This document shows, piece by piece, positions 49,787 through 61,071 of a stretch of 64,000 bases of DNA. Each line of letters starts with the position of its first letter. Within the stretch, counting starts at the first letter, position 1. The stretch lies in contig JAKMXF010000320.1 in assembly GCA_024704765.1 (NCBI GenBank), forward strand, positions 1 to 64,000. Direction: 5' to 3'. The translations under genes were made by a program, and so were the position numbers. The notes beneath the pieces were generated by a model. The model was not told where the DNA came from and did not search any database. It saw nothing but the letters and a program-made list of their open reading frames with translations. The DNA is from Oopsacas minuta (lineage: Eukaryota > Animalia > Porifera).

Positions 49787-51640
49787 ATGGCTAGTCTACT
49801 CACTCAGGCTACCAATGCCATTCACCAACAGGACAGATTGCTGAGAATCATGAAGCAGTATGAACAGGAAGGAACTGGTCAGGTTAAATCTCAGATTATC
49901 CTAGAAGGATATTCTATTCTAGATTCACTGAAGGATCAGAAGAGCAAGCTAGAGGGTACTTTCTCTGTTTACAATCCGTTCCCTCTGGACAGCGAGCTAT
50001 TGGATAAGTTCCGCTGGGATGTAAGAGCACACACACCCTCCTCTGTTCCGAAAGAATTCAAAGGTCGAATAGTAGACGGACTGAGTCAGTGCTTTGGTGC
50101 CTTCTGGAAGAAACCCATCTTCTCCTGTCTGCTTACTTGCCCCTTGTTCGCGAGTGTTCACTCTGAGACCTCCTCTCAAGCAGCTAGAAACATTCTGTTT
50201 GTAGTATATGTCGGATTGGATGAACACTTCTTCACACTTCTCACACAGAGTGAGCGTGAGCAACACGAAGTGATTGATAGAGATTTTGTGGTAGCTGTGG
50301 AAGTTAGACATTTCTGCAATCAGATTAAAAGTGGGAATGTTAGATTCTTAGAAGCTTTATTCTGCCCTCTAGAATCAGTCATCCTGTCCAGCCCTGAATT
50401 TGACTGTTTGAGAGGAAAGCTGAAACAATCAGAATTTACTACTGTTGTATTCGCTAAGAGATGTTTGGGACAAGCTTACGGCTCTGTAGCTAAATACCGT
50501 AAAGATCTTAAGATATTTACTCTAAAGGAAGATGCAACTATGGAGAAACTGTTCCACTCCTATCGACTAATATACCAAGTGTACTGTGTTACTGAGGGTA
50601 TGCCTCTCCTCACTTGGAGAGACTTTGAGAAAGAACCTGTATCTCCAAACGATCCCCCCCTTTTGGGAGAAATACTAGATAAGATCAGATGTTGTTTTCG
50701 AGCAGAGATATCTCGAGAAACAGTCCTTACTCACCAACTAACATTGAAGGATCAAATAGAATCAAGAGTATCTACTCTCCCTCTCTCTGCCACTGATCCT
50801 CTCCTCAAAAGCTGGCTCGCTGATCTGAGGAGACAAGACAGCTTAATTACTCCTCCCCAATCCCCTTGCCCCTCTGCCCTCAAGTTCCTCTCGAGTGTAG
50901 CTGAGCAGGTGGGACCCAAACTAGCTAAAATCGATCCCAAACATATCTTGATACTGACTCGCTGCGGCAGTTACAGCTACGGACTGAATCTACCTTCTAG
51001 TGACACAGACTACCTCATCGTATTCACAACTCCTGCTGAGGAATATTTGTCTTCTTTCTCAGCTCCTGAAGAGACAATTGAGAAAAGAGGTAAAGAAGTG
51101 GAGATAGAGTTCTGTGCTTATGAGTTACGTCTGTTTATCCATCAGCTCCTTAAGGGCTCTATTCCTATATTCGAACTGCTGCTGAATGATCAGCTAGACT
51201 ACTTTACACCTCTGTGGGAGGAGCTACGTGCTAACAGACACAAACTTGTCACTGAGAAATTACTGGTACAATTCTTTGGGTTCATAAAGGATCATTTGCT
51301 GCCTATTCGTAAAGGAAAATATGCAGAAGACGCTAAGAAACAGCAAAAGCTGTTCTATCAAGCTTTTCACAAGCTTGGTCTATTGGAGACACTGATGGCT
51401 GGAGAGATACCTCCTCTCCGGCCTGAAGGAGAGGCAAGAGAGTTGATCATGCGTATTAGGAGAGGACCTTTGGAAGGGGAGCTGTCTAAGGATCGGCTGT
51501 TTGAGATAGCAGACAAACGATTAGCTAAATTAGATGAGGACTTAATATCTCGTAAGACACGATTCCCAGAGATCGGAGATAGAGATTTCCTTTTGAAATG
51601 GTCTTTGAAAGTTCGAGGCTTTCAGAGGCTCAATTATTAG
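49787..51640 (+). CDS. 617-aa intronless protein with two tandem RlaP/YcgL-like (Pol-beta superfamily) nucleotidyltransferase domains, the first catalytically degenerate
   Basis: Domain 2 has RCGSYSYGLNLPSSDTDY (GS...DxD) and YELRLF..LLKGS. Domain 1 has EVRHF..IKSGNVRFLEALFCP and KLFHSYRL but no GS or DxD. Confidence 0.8.
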   Translation: MASLLTQATNAIHQQDRLLRIMKQYEQEGTGQVKSQIILEGYSILDSLKDQKSKLEGTFSVYNPFPLDSELLDKFRWDVRAHTPSSVPKEFKGRIVDGLSQCFGAFWKKPIFSCLLTCPLFASVHSETSSQAARNILFVVYVGLDEHFFTLLTQSEREQHEVIDRDFVVAVEVRHFCNQIKSGNVRFLEALFCPLESVILSSPEFDCLRGKLKQSEFTTVVFAKRCLGQAYGSVAKYRKDLKIFTLKEDATMEKLFHSYRLIYQVYCVTEGMPLLTWRDFEKEPVSPNDPPLLGEILDKIRCCFRAEISRETVLTHQLTLKDQIESRVSTLPLSATDPLLKSWLADLRRQDSLITPPQSPCPSALKFLSSVAEQVGPKLAKIDPKHILILTRCGSYSYGLNLPSSDTDYLIVFTTPAEEYLSSFSAPEETIEKRGKEVEIEFCAYELRLFIHQLLKGSIPIFELLLNDQLDYFTPLWEELRANRHKLVTEKLLVQFFGFIKDHLLPIRKGKYAEDAKKQQKLFYQAFHKLGLLETLMAGEIPPLRPEGEARELIMRIRRGPLEGELSKDRLFEIADKRLAKLDEDLISRKTRFPEIGDRDFLLKWSLKVRGFQRLNY

Positions 51641-52109
51641 GCTAAATTTTTGGTTTAATTCAGTTATATTTTCAGAATGTGTGACTGTGTATATTTCCTA
51701 TACAAGACAGATTGTGCCATACTACGTGTTCATCTCTATGAAGATTCTGAAACTGACTTGTACTACTGTCAATTCCTAGATATCGAGGTTCGTTTGCTCC
51801 ACTTATTTTGGTGGTTGTTGGAAACCGATTCGTGATGAATTATAGTCTTTTTTGACTTTGTAGTACCATAGCCTAAAACACTTCAAATTTACGATTCCTT
51901 TTCCGCTTCAATATATCAATGAGCTTCCATATTCATATCTTGTGGATATCAACCATCGGTGTTAATAGCTTATTTTTGTCATAGTACACAATTCAGGTGC
52001 ATAGGCCTCATTAGCTCTTGTATAATTTATTCGGCTATTTGACATATTATATACTCACATTATATCTTTACAAATATGTACAGTTAGTTGTGTAGTTCTA
52101 GCACCTAGC

Positions 52110-52859
52110 ATGGCACAATCTTTACCAAAAAGAACTCTATTCGCTTTTGACTTTGATCATACTCTAATAGATGATAACACAGATACATTTATCCTAGAAA
52201 TTACAGATGATGTTAATATCATTTGTAATTTAAAGACAGCTTTTCAGTCATGGCGTAACTCTAATCTTGGTTGGACAGAATGTATGAGACTATTATTCAA
52301 ACTAATGCATAGTCTGTCATTCTCTCCTGAACTTATTGTAGCTCATATGGAGAAGATTAAGATACCAGAGGAAAGACTTAGAATTCTACATTTCTTATCC
52401 AAGCAACCAGATACTGAGTTAATCATCATCTCAGATTCTAATACAGTATTCATTGATTCAATTCTTAAATGTCATGGTGTAGATAAGTATTTTACTCGTG
52501 TGTATACAAATCCTGCTAAATTCAATACAGAAGGGTTGTTAGAGATAGAAGCTTATCATGTTAATACCAGCTGTCCTCTATCTCCTCCTAATATGTGTAA
52601 AGACTTAATTTTAAGAGAGCATATTTCTAATAGTCTTGTCGAGAGATCAAATTTAAGGGTTGTGTATTTGGGGGATGGATCTGGTGATTTTTGTGCTGCT
52701 AAAGGGTTGTTTATGCAAGATTTCGTAGCTGCAAGAAAAGGATATAGTTTAGCAAGTAAATTGTCTCCTATACAAATCACAGGAGGAATTGCTGTTAATA
52801 TTATTTTATCAGATTTTGGTGAAGATTTGGAAACTTTTGTACATTCCTTGTATACATAA
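52110..52859 (+). CDS. HAD-superfamily phosphatase, PHOSPHO1/PHOSPHO2 type
   Basis: Motifs FDFDHT, IISDSNTVFI, CPLSPPNMCK and YLGDGSGD. Confidence 0.9.
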   Translation: MAQSLPKRTLFAFDFDHTLIDDNTDTFILEITDDVNIICNLKTAFQSWRNSNLGWTECMRLLFKLMHSLSFSPELIVAHMEKIKIPEERLRILHFLSKQPDTELIIISDSNTVFIDSILKCHGVDKYFTRVYTNPAKFNTEGLLEIEAYHVNTSCPLSPPNMCKDLILREHISNSLVERSNLRVVYLGDGSGDFCAAKGLFMQDFVAARKGYSLASKLSPIQITGGIAVNIILSDFGEDLETFVHSLYT

Positions 52860-54227
52860 ATGTTTTACTAAGATTAAATGGTTCTTAATAATCTCTGAAC
52901 TTGATGAGTGGGGCAAGCCCTAGCTAAGATTGCCCGGAAAATGATCATCCGGAGAGAATGTAGGTAGACTTAGTGGTGTATTTTTCGTAATTGCATGCTA
53001 TTATTCGATATTCAATGTTCTGACTGAAGAATTTATTCTACATGAGCCGCTTTTCTTGCTCGCGCTGCGCAGCTTTTGAACAATTTGTTTTCCATGAAGC
53101 TCAGCACTTCGTGTCTCGAATGTTTTCATAAAAACAACTATTGTTTACACATGAGTTGATTACCCTAGTATAACCTTTGAAACCAAGTTTTTATAACTAA
53201 TTCGTAATTTATTTGCTATAATATTTATGTTCTTACATCACCGCCTTCATCACGGAGCTCAATATAGTAACAATTCATTATTGTTCATTCAATACTTATT
53301 TAACTTCTTTTGACCTTTCTCTTACAATCGTATATATTCACTAAGGAGACCATTTGTACCAATTTTCATAGATTTTGGTACAAATGGCCCCCTAGAATAC
53401 TGAATACTTAGGAGAATTGACAATTATGCTTTACGGTTTCTCGATCATGTGACCTTTAATCTTATATTGTATAATACCTGTGGCTGATCAAGTGAAGTAA
53501 ATACGTTTCATACAATTCTAATCCATTTTTTTTGCAAATTAAATTTCTTAATTAAGATATCATCCAATTGTGTTGTTTGTATGACTAATATTTTAGAGTC
53601 TTTCACGTTAAAACTTATGTTATACTTAATGGTAGATATGTTATAAAGCGTGAGATTTTGGAGCTTAGCCTTGAGAGGCATGAGAGTGGTTGAAATAGCG
53701 TGAGACTCAAGTTTAACATCTCCGCGAAAGGTGGTTCATTTATTTTCGGAATTAGAATGATGAAAAGTTGTTCATGAGGTATTACTAATTAAGAAAATTG
53801 ATTACCACCAACGTGAGAAGTCTACAATGCTTGATAATCGTAATGATACAATATTATGTGCCAATTCTACCCTAACAACAAATTTGGAATTTCTCCAAAA
53901 AAACTTGTCGTTCCGTTCATGAATTAGGAAGTCCTCTAAAATTCCCGGATTTATTTTGTTTTCGGAATCATACAGAGATTTCGTATATTGCGATATTCAG
54001 GTCATTCTGATTTCTGAAGCAACATTTTAAAGTTTGGAATTCGTTCATCGCTTTTCAATTATATCACGAGGTTCCCGATTATTCATACAATGAATGGTCA
54101 TTTTGTATGGCACTCACCAATTGTAAACCAACGAAAGCATGGGAGACTACTTTTGGAACCTTCAAGTTTTTGACATTCTGTTAGTTAATGACAATCCACT
54201 ATTTTGTTTATTAGAAAATCGTACATA

Positions 54228-55865
54228 ATGGCAGAAAAACTCAGCAAAGATATGCATAAACAAGTGATCAGCTCTTTTAGTGCATGTTTACAATTGATTG
54301 ATAGTGCACTACTCAATGTATTCAACTACAATCATGAGCAAGCTATACTCGATTGTAAACAAGTTCTCACTAATGACAATGATTGTGCAATGGCACATTA
54401 TCTTATTGCTTACAGTAATGCAGGTCATTACAATAACATTGATGGTTTGGATTATGCATATGGTTTTGAGGAAGCACAGAAGGCTTTGTCAGTTTCTAAG
54501 AAGGTGACTTTGACTGATTGGGAAAAAGTACTAATCGAGGCACAAGTCCATAGATTCTGTTCCCCAGTAGGTTCTGTACCATTAGGCACATTGAATAAGA
54601 ATTATGCTAATGCAATGCGTAGTGTGTATAGTAAATTCGGAGAGAATAATGTGGTAGTTGCAGCCTTGTTTGCAGAATCGTTAATGAATTTAGCTCCTTG
54701 GAAGTTATGGACTCCGTATCCTGAATACAAGGAAGGAATCCCAGAGACAGGAGAGTTAGTGAAAGTGCTTGAAAATGCCCTTAAGCAATCTCCACAGCAT
54801 CCAGGTTTGTGTCATTTCTACATTCACACAATGGAACTCTCTGCTACACCTGAGAAAGCGTTACCATGTGCGGACGCTTTGCGCGAGACTATAAAGGATC
54901 ATGGACACATGCTTCACATGGCTAGCCATATCGACATGTGGGTAGGACACTATAAAGAAGCTACTGAAGTGAATGAACTAGCAATTCTAGCTGATAAGAG
55001 ATACATGCTAACTAGCAAAGTGGAGAACAACTTTTACAAAATATATCGCATGCATACCATTCATTTCACTATTTGGGCTGCCATGTTTAATGGGCAATTT
55101 GGGAAATCTCTACAATTGTCTGAAGTCGTTCTGGAATATCTGACTAAGGAAGCTATTACTTGTATGATAGGAGAGATGCCTATAGGATTAATCTATTTGG
55201 AACCAACGAGAATTATTATTTGGGAAGTTTTGGTTCGGTTTGGTAAATGGGAAGACATTCTGAAACGGCCAATTGAACAAAACAAAGAATTGTATCCTAG
55301 CAATATTGCTATGGCACGATATGCTCGAGGTGTTGCATACGCTGCGTTAGGTAAAGTAGCAGAAGCTGAAGTAGAACGTGATTTATTCTATGAATCCCTG
55401 AAGGATAAAACACTGGCTAAGCGATGTCTTATCAATAATATAATGTATGATCCTGAGCAGCCAGGGAAAGGAATTTTGGATGTTGCAGATTCCGTATTAA
55501 ATGGTGAAATTGAATATCGGAAAGGGAATTATCAACAAGCATTTGATCATCTCCGTCTTGCTGTCAAACGTGATGCAAGCTTAATCTATGACGAACCTTG
55601 GTCTTGGATGATGCCTACAAGACACGTGCTGGGTGCACTATTGCTAGAACATGGAGACGTTCAAGAAGCTGAAGCCGTGTATCGAGAAGATTTGATTCAG
55701 TACAAGGATAACATGTGGTCATTATTGGGTCTCCATCAATCATTGAAAGCACAGAACAAGTTGGATGAAGCTCAATCTGTCTATGAGAAGTATCAGAAAG
55801 CAAGCGTATTAGCTGATATAAAGGTTGGAGCCTCTTGCTTGTGTGCCACTAAAATGTATTCTTAG
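54228..55865 (+). CDS. 545-aa TPR-containing protein of an uncharacterised family typical of bacteria and fungi, intronless
   Basis: Motifs FNYNHEQAI..DCAMAH, HPGLCHFYIH, GHMLHMASHI and YDEPWSWMMPTRHVLGALLL..AEAVYREDL. Confidence 0.8.
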   Translation: MAEKLSKDMHKQVISSFSACLQLIDSALLNVFNYNHEQAILDCKQVLTNDNDCAMAHYLIAYSNAGHYNNIDGLDYAYGFEEAQKALSVSKKVTLTDWEKVLIEAQVHRFCSPVGSVPLGTLNKNYANAMRSVYSKFGENNVVVAALFAESLMNLAPWKLWTPYPEYKEGIPETGELVKVLENALKQSPQHPGLCHFYIHTMELSATPEKALPCADALRETIKDHGHMLHMASHIDMWVGHYKEATEVNELAILADKRYMLTSKVENNFYKIYRMHTIHFTIWAAMFNGQFGKSLQLSEVVLEYLTKEAITCMIGEMPIGLIYLEPTRIIIWEVLVRFGKWEDILKRPIEQNKELYPSNIAMARYARGVAYAALGKVAEAEVERDLFYESLKDKTLAKRCLINNIMYDPEQPGKGILDVADSVLNGEIEYRKGNYQQAFDHLRLAVKRDASLIYDEPWSWMMPTRHVLGALLLEHGDVQEAEAVYREDLIQYKDNMWSLLGLHQSLKAQNKLDEAQSVYEKYQKASVLADIKVGASCLCATKMYS

Positions 55866-56580
55866 CGTATGCTGTTGTTTATATTTTTGTGTATTTATTA
55901 TATAGCGTTACTTTGCTAATTTCTTTGATTATTACCCTATAAAATCAATTCACTTAGAATGTATTCATTTACACAACAAGGAAATGTGAATAGTCTATCG
56001 AAAACCTTCCAAATAATACAACACTAAATAGATTGCTAAATACGAAGATTGAAAATTACAAAATTTCTACTCAAATATTTAGTAGTAAACAATATTACTC
56101 CTAAACCTAATAAGTTTTGTTTTGACTTAAACAATCTTTCACTCTCTGCTTATCATAGAAATTACCAGTTTCATTCAGTTTTCGCCCACCCTCTGTTGAT
56201 GTAATTAGCCGATATGATTGATTAAGTTCGACCATTAGCACGAGATACCCAAGTAAATATTGCCAAAAATATATAAGTTAACGAAATATATGTAGTACGC
56301 TTATATAAAGTGATACACTTTCATTTATTTAAAAGATTTCAAGAACTCATTCGGCACGTCACATGACGCATTCAACAAATTCCAACTGTCAGACTACAAA
56401 CACTAAGATGATATTTACAAAACAAAACTACTGTAATTTGAAAACCTGAAGTGTATAATTAATAACCAATCAAATTTGTATCGAATTGTCGGTATCCCCG
56501 TATTGACACTTTGATAAACATATCAGACTTTATTTACATACTGTTACTTTTAGAGAAATATTATTGTGTACTATGTGTAA

Positions 56581-57642
56581 TTAATGTGTTTCAAATTTTA
56601 GAGGAGGTAATGGAAACAGCCATTTGTATCTCTCAATACACTCTTTTAAACTGTCACTCCAGATACAAATTGTTAGAAAATTATATATATTCATCCTGAT
56701 ACCAACATTAAGTCTCCTCTCATATTTATAATTATATCTTATCCCGGAGAAGACGCCAATGGTCACCCAATCATCCTTATCTCCTTCAGTGGATCGTTCC
56801 ATCTTAGCAATCATTCCTGAGCCAGAGTTGCCATGAGTAGCGTCACATTCTTGCCAAAGTAAATGATAATCCGTATCTAAAATGCTGCAGTTAGATTTCC
56901 ATAGTTTGTTTTTCGGTTTGTCATCAGGGAATCCTGAGAATTCAACAGAGGAACCTTCTTTGTGGGTGTGCTTTGATAAGCAATCTGAATACACGCTCAA
57001 GCCCAGAGGAGTAGGAATTCTTTTCGACGGCGTCTTTAACTCCACGATGCTATAGTCATAATCAAGCGAATTTCCATTATCGCTTATCCAATTCATAGGT
57101 AAATAGATCCTCTTTATTCGGGACCAATCCACTTCGTTCGCCTTCAAAACACCCACCTGTACTCCACTTGGGTTAGATGTATACCTGTTGTGTAGATAGA
57201 AACAATGTGCAGCTGTTAGTACGTGTAATGGATCAATTAGCATTCCAGTGCAGCCAACACTCAGTCGAACGACTCCTGATCTAGGAAATTTCTTCGCATG
57301 CTTAGGCCTTATAGCTTCTCTATCGTCTACACCGAATATTTCACGTTTTTGAATATTGAATTCGCTCTGATGGTCGCAGGATTTATGGCAATCTGGGCGG
57401 ATTAACCTCACTACCTTGAACACTTCTTTAGTATAAATGGATTGATTTTTATCATCAATCGTAATTTCCCGCCATGTGATATTGAGTATATTGAATATAT
57501 TATTGTATTCTCCTCTACCATTCTCAGGGATAAGATTGGTGAAGAGGAATATATCTTGTGGCAGGTTGTTGTCAGATGCAATTATATGCTGCGAATGTAG
57601 TATTAGCAATGCAACAAATACAATAATCCTATAACAATTCAT
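56581..57642 (-). CDS. Secreted serine protease, PRSS23/PRSS35-like
   Basis: Signal peptide, KR-EIFGVDDR, CTGMLI..HVLTAAHC, DYDYS and CDATHGNSGSG give an intact catalytic triad. Confidence 0.88.
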   Translation of the reverse strand: MNCYRIIVFVALLILHSQHIIASDNNLPQDIFLFTNLIPENGRGEYNNIFNILNITWREITIDDKNQSIYTKEVFKVVRLIRPDCHKSCDHQSEFNIQKREIFGVDDREAIRPKHAKKFPRSGVVRLSVGCTGMLIDPLHVLTAAHCFYLHNRYTSNPSGVQVGVLKANEVDWSRIKRIYLPMNWISDNGNSLDYDYSIVELKTPSKRIPTPLGLSVYSDCLSKHTHKEGSSVEFSGFPDDKPKNKLWKSNCSILDTDYHLLWQECDATHGNSGSGMIAKMERSTEGDKDDWVTIGVFSGIRYNYKYERRLNVGIRMNIYNFLTICIWSDSLKECIERYKWLFPLPPLKFETH

Positions 57643-58127
57643 GATTCAGGTATGAATATTAACCTAGTTGAAATAAGGAAGAATGCTATATTTATTTCAA
57701 GTACATGAACCTATTGAATTTAGCCAAATGATCAACATCTCAGAAGCTTTCACCACAATGTATACCATATAATACATTATAATATGATATCTAGTTGATA
57801 ATATCTAGGTGGTTGTTCAACAGCTAATTAATTCCACAAGGTAAACTACATGCTGACATGTACAATTCATGAAAATGTACGAAATCGATTTAAGTATATC
57901 TACATATATTAGTATATGTATTGACAATGTTCTTGAACATTCTCTTAATTATATTACAACCTTCCTTTGGTGTATTAGTACGCATATGCGCAACTAGACA
58001 TCTTCGTCATCTTCGCTCACCCTGACTAGGGAGCCTAGTTGCGCCACTGTTAGCACGTATAGGTATATTAGGGTCAACCTCCAAAACTACTGTAGATGAA
58101 GATATAATTAATCTCATTCCAAGTGAA

Positions 58128-59696
58128 TTATTTATTACAGTAATATAATAATGAACCGAATATAGTTGCTTCTAATGTTAAGGGTGTAATAAATTTTATT
58201 AGTAAGCAAAATTTCTTGTCAATCGAATACCCAAGCATATAATGCTGGACATTATGTGGCACTGTATCAAGTTGACTCTCTGCTTCAAGCTTGCTTCTCC
58301 TTCTATAGTCGGTATTTCTCAAAACATATTTAGAGATTTTCTTCCAATCATAACAATACAGGATTACCAGTTCTACTATTGTAATGCACATCAAACCGAC
58401 AAACATTATTAGGTAGTATCCTGCTGCCCTCCATATAATGAAATATGTCAACACACATCCTAGTGGAGTACTGATAAAGATAGATATTAAGAAACGTGTC
58501 AGAGTTTCTACATTTTGGAGACAGCAAGCATTGTATATACCTCTGAGTATATACACGATATCAGATAATATAATAACTCCTAATAATCGTATTCCAAACT
58601 CAATTTGTAGTCTAAATTCTTCAACGGTAGTAAACAGGAGAGATAGATAGTGAGCAAATGAAAATATAAGAATACCGAATATTACCACTATAGCCAATCC
58701 ATAGAGTAAACAAACAATGGAAGCCTTCTTCGCCCTTTCGAGTTCATTGTTCCCTAATAAGTTACCAATACGAACGGTAACACCGCTTCCATAACCGAGA
58801 GAGGTAGAAAGAAAGACAAACCAGATTGTGTTCAATATTCCAAATAATGCGAGTTGATTCGTGTCTTTGAGGACAAAGCCAACAAATATGATTGGAATTA
58901 CTCGCGAAAGGATCAAATCATTCAATTTTTGCAACACACCTGGAACTCCATATTTCAGGAAATGTAACCACTCAGTGAGGAGTTCGAATGTCCAGCATTG
59001 GTTCAAATATATCTTGTTGATATTACTTAGCCGAATGTAAGTAAACACAAGAACTGCTACGACATACATACTGATGACATAGGATATAGCGACTCCTTTG
59101 ATTTCAAGCTCATATCCAAATATGAAAATATATTGCAAGATTATATTTAGAATGTTCCCACTAATCAAGATGGCCAGTGTAGCGGCTACCTTATTTTGGG
59201 ATTGTAGAAATGAATTAGCAAGTTTAGCGTAGATATAAGCAGGGTAGCTAAAACACATAATGATGGTATAATCAGAGGCTCCTTGTGCAAGCTGAAAATC
59301 TCCTGAGAAATGAAATACAAAGGAATCAACGCATATCCAAATTGTCCATAGCGGAAAGCATGTCAAGGAAGCGATAAGTAAAGCTCTGCTGAAATATGTT
59401 CCTACAAGCTTATAATCCTTAGCTCCATAAGCTTGCGAACACAATGTGCCCATTGCAGCTACGAGTCCAGTAACCACAACATAAGCTGTGCAAGCTACCA
59501 CAGATTGTCCAATAAACAATGAACCTAGCTTCTTCCCAATTTCTTCTCCTGATGACCTTCCAATAAAAATAGTTCCAATCTTAAATTGAATTGCGTCACT
59601 GAAAAAGCTCAGCGCACTTGTGAGCCCTAAAATATTCATAAATTTGATCTCTGTCAAAATCCACTCATATTTCTTGAGATATTCTGTAAATATCAT
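58128..59696 (-). CDS. MATE (SLC47-like) multidrug/toxin efflux transporter, intronless
   Basis: Motifs TLCSQAYGAK, FLQSQN and VRIGNLLGNN..AK, with multiple hydrophobic segments. Confidence 0.9.
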   Translation of the reverse strand: MIFTEYLKKYEWILTEIKFMNILGLTSALSFFSDAIQFKIGTIFIGRSSGEEIGKKLGSLFIGQSVVACTAYVVVTGLVAAMGTLCSQAYGAKDYKLVGTYFSRALLIASLTCFPLWTIWICVDSFVFHFSGDFQLAQGASDYTIIMCFSYPAYIYAKLANSFLQSQNKVAATLAILISGNILNIILQYIFIFGYELEIKGVAISYVISMYVVAVLVFTYIRLSNINKIYLNQCWTFELLTEWLHFLKYGVPGVLQKLNDLILSRVIPIIFVGFVLKDTNQLALFGILNTIWFVFLSTSLGYGSGVTVRIGNLLGNNELERAKKASIVCLLYGLAIVVIFGILIFSFAHYLSLLFTTVEEFRLQIEFGIRLLGVIILSDIVYILRGIYNACCLQNVETLTRFLISIFISTPLGCVLTYFIIWRAAGYYLIMFVGLMCITIVELVILYCYDWKKISKYVLRNTDYRRRSKLEAESQLDTVPHNVQHYMLGYSIDKKFCLLIKFITPLTLEATIFGSLLYYCNK

Positions 59697-60108
59697 GATC
59701 GAATAATATCCTTAATCAGTTAATACACATAACGTTGCAAATTTATGAGAAGGAATAACGGACTATTGACCACATGCTCATGACGATTGATTTCACATAA
59801 TAGGCTAAATGAACAATGACAACTTGTAGACAAAGACAAACTTGTACATGAGTAACTACTTAATTCATTTTCCCATAAAAAATATTCTTAGCCATGTAAT
59901 TTGTAAGAAATGCACCCATGTACCAGTTTGCAATTTGTCATTTGTTCATCTAGCCTATTATACGAGACCTATTGTCATTTGCATGTGGATGTGGTCAATA
60001 GTCTGTTATTCCTCCTCATAAATTGGCCAACGTTATTTGTATTGACACTCTCTACCCGATTGTACGTTTGCACTCATATTATTCGATCATGATATTTACA
60101 GAATATCT
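59677..60108. repeat. 432-bp hairpin with perfect 33-bp outer arms that include the MATE start codon and diverged inner MITE-like arms
   Basis: 59677-59709 is the exact reverse complement of 60076-60108. Inner arms at ~59720-59830 and ~59930-60050 are only partly identical. Confidence 0.85.
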
Positions 60109-60879
60109 AGACTCAGCTAGCCTAGCGGCGTCGAAGAAGGAATCACTGGATGGGGTTAGGACGAAATTTGAGAATGGAGTGTTGTTACATTCCTCGGTCA
60201 TTCCTACGTTGCTAGGATAAAATCTTACCAAGTATTGTCAAGTGACCACTCAAACGATGTAGAATTTGGGCTGATTACGAATATCGCTAGATAAATTTTA
60301 TTAGTTGAAATCTGTAAAGGTTAAATACATTTTAACACCTTCAGAATGTGTCCAAATTTACCCCATAGATTTGTCCCCTACAGATTTCCTCCCAGATTTC
60401 CAGATGTCCTACTAAGTTTTCTATGTACAATCAAAAGCATGCTAGAGATTATGTTTCAAACACGTAATGAGGGGTAATTGGGTTTGCAGAATGCAGAGTC
60501 CGATTATTAGATTTTCAGAGTCTGAAGGTTACAAATTCACAGATTTATCATATGATTAATAATTTATATTTATATTTATGAATAATATAATTCAACTTAA
60601 CCATGGATAATTTAAAAGATATGTTTTTCCCCGATTATATAACCTTTGAATAATCGTAGAAGATTGTTCCAAACAGCAAAAGGGGGTAATTCAATACGCT
60701 GATTCCGAATTTGACACTCCTGAATTTGTACCGACGAAATCTCCTCCAGTATTCCCTTCTATTAATATTATTTAGTCAACTGATAATTATTGCAAACAAA
60801 TTGGACATTATACGGACTGGATAATCATATTAATTTGTAAATAAATTGTTTGGCTGATTTTAAATCCGAGCAGAGCGAG

Positions 60880-61071
60880 GAAAATAATATAAAATTACAA
60901 CCTGTGCTGACAGCTTAGTCAATTAAATTCAATTTGTTTAAAAGTGGCACTATTAATTGGAGGCACTATGTATATTGGAATTAAACCTGAGCTTTAATAG
61001 TGCCACTTTTTAAACAAATTGAATTTAATTGACTAAGCTGTTAGCACAAGTTGTAATTATATATTATTTTT
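60880..61071. mobile_element. ~200-bp palindromic MITE, family copy 2
   Basis: acaacctgtgctgacagcttagtcaatt / aattgactaagctgttagcacaagttgt arms, homologous to 28667-28869. Confidence 0.75.
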
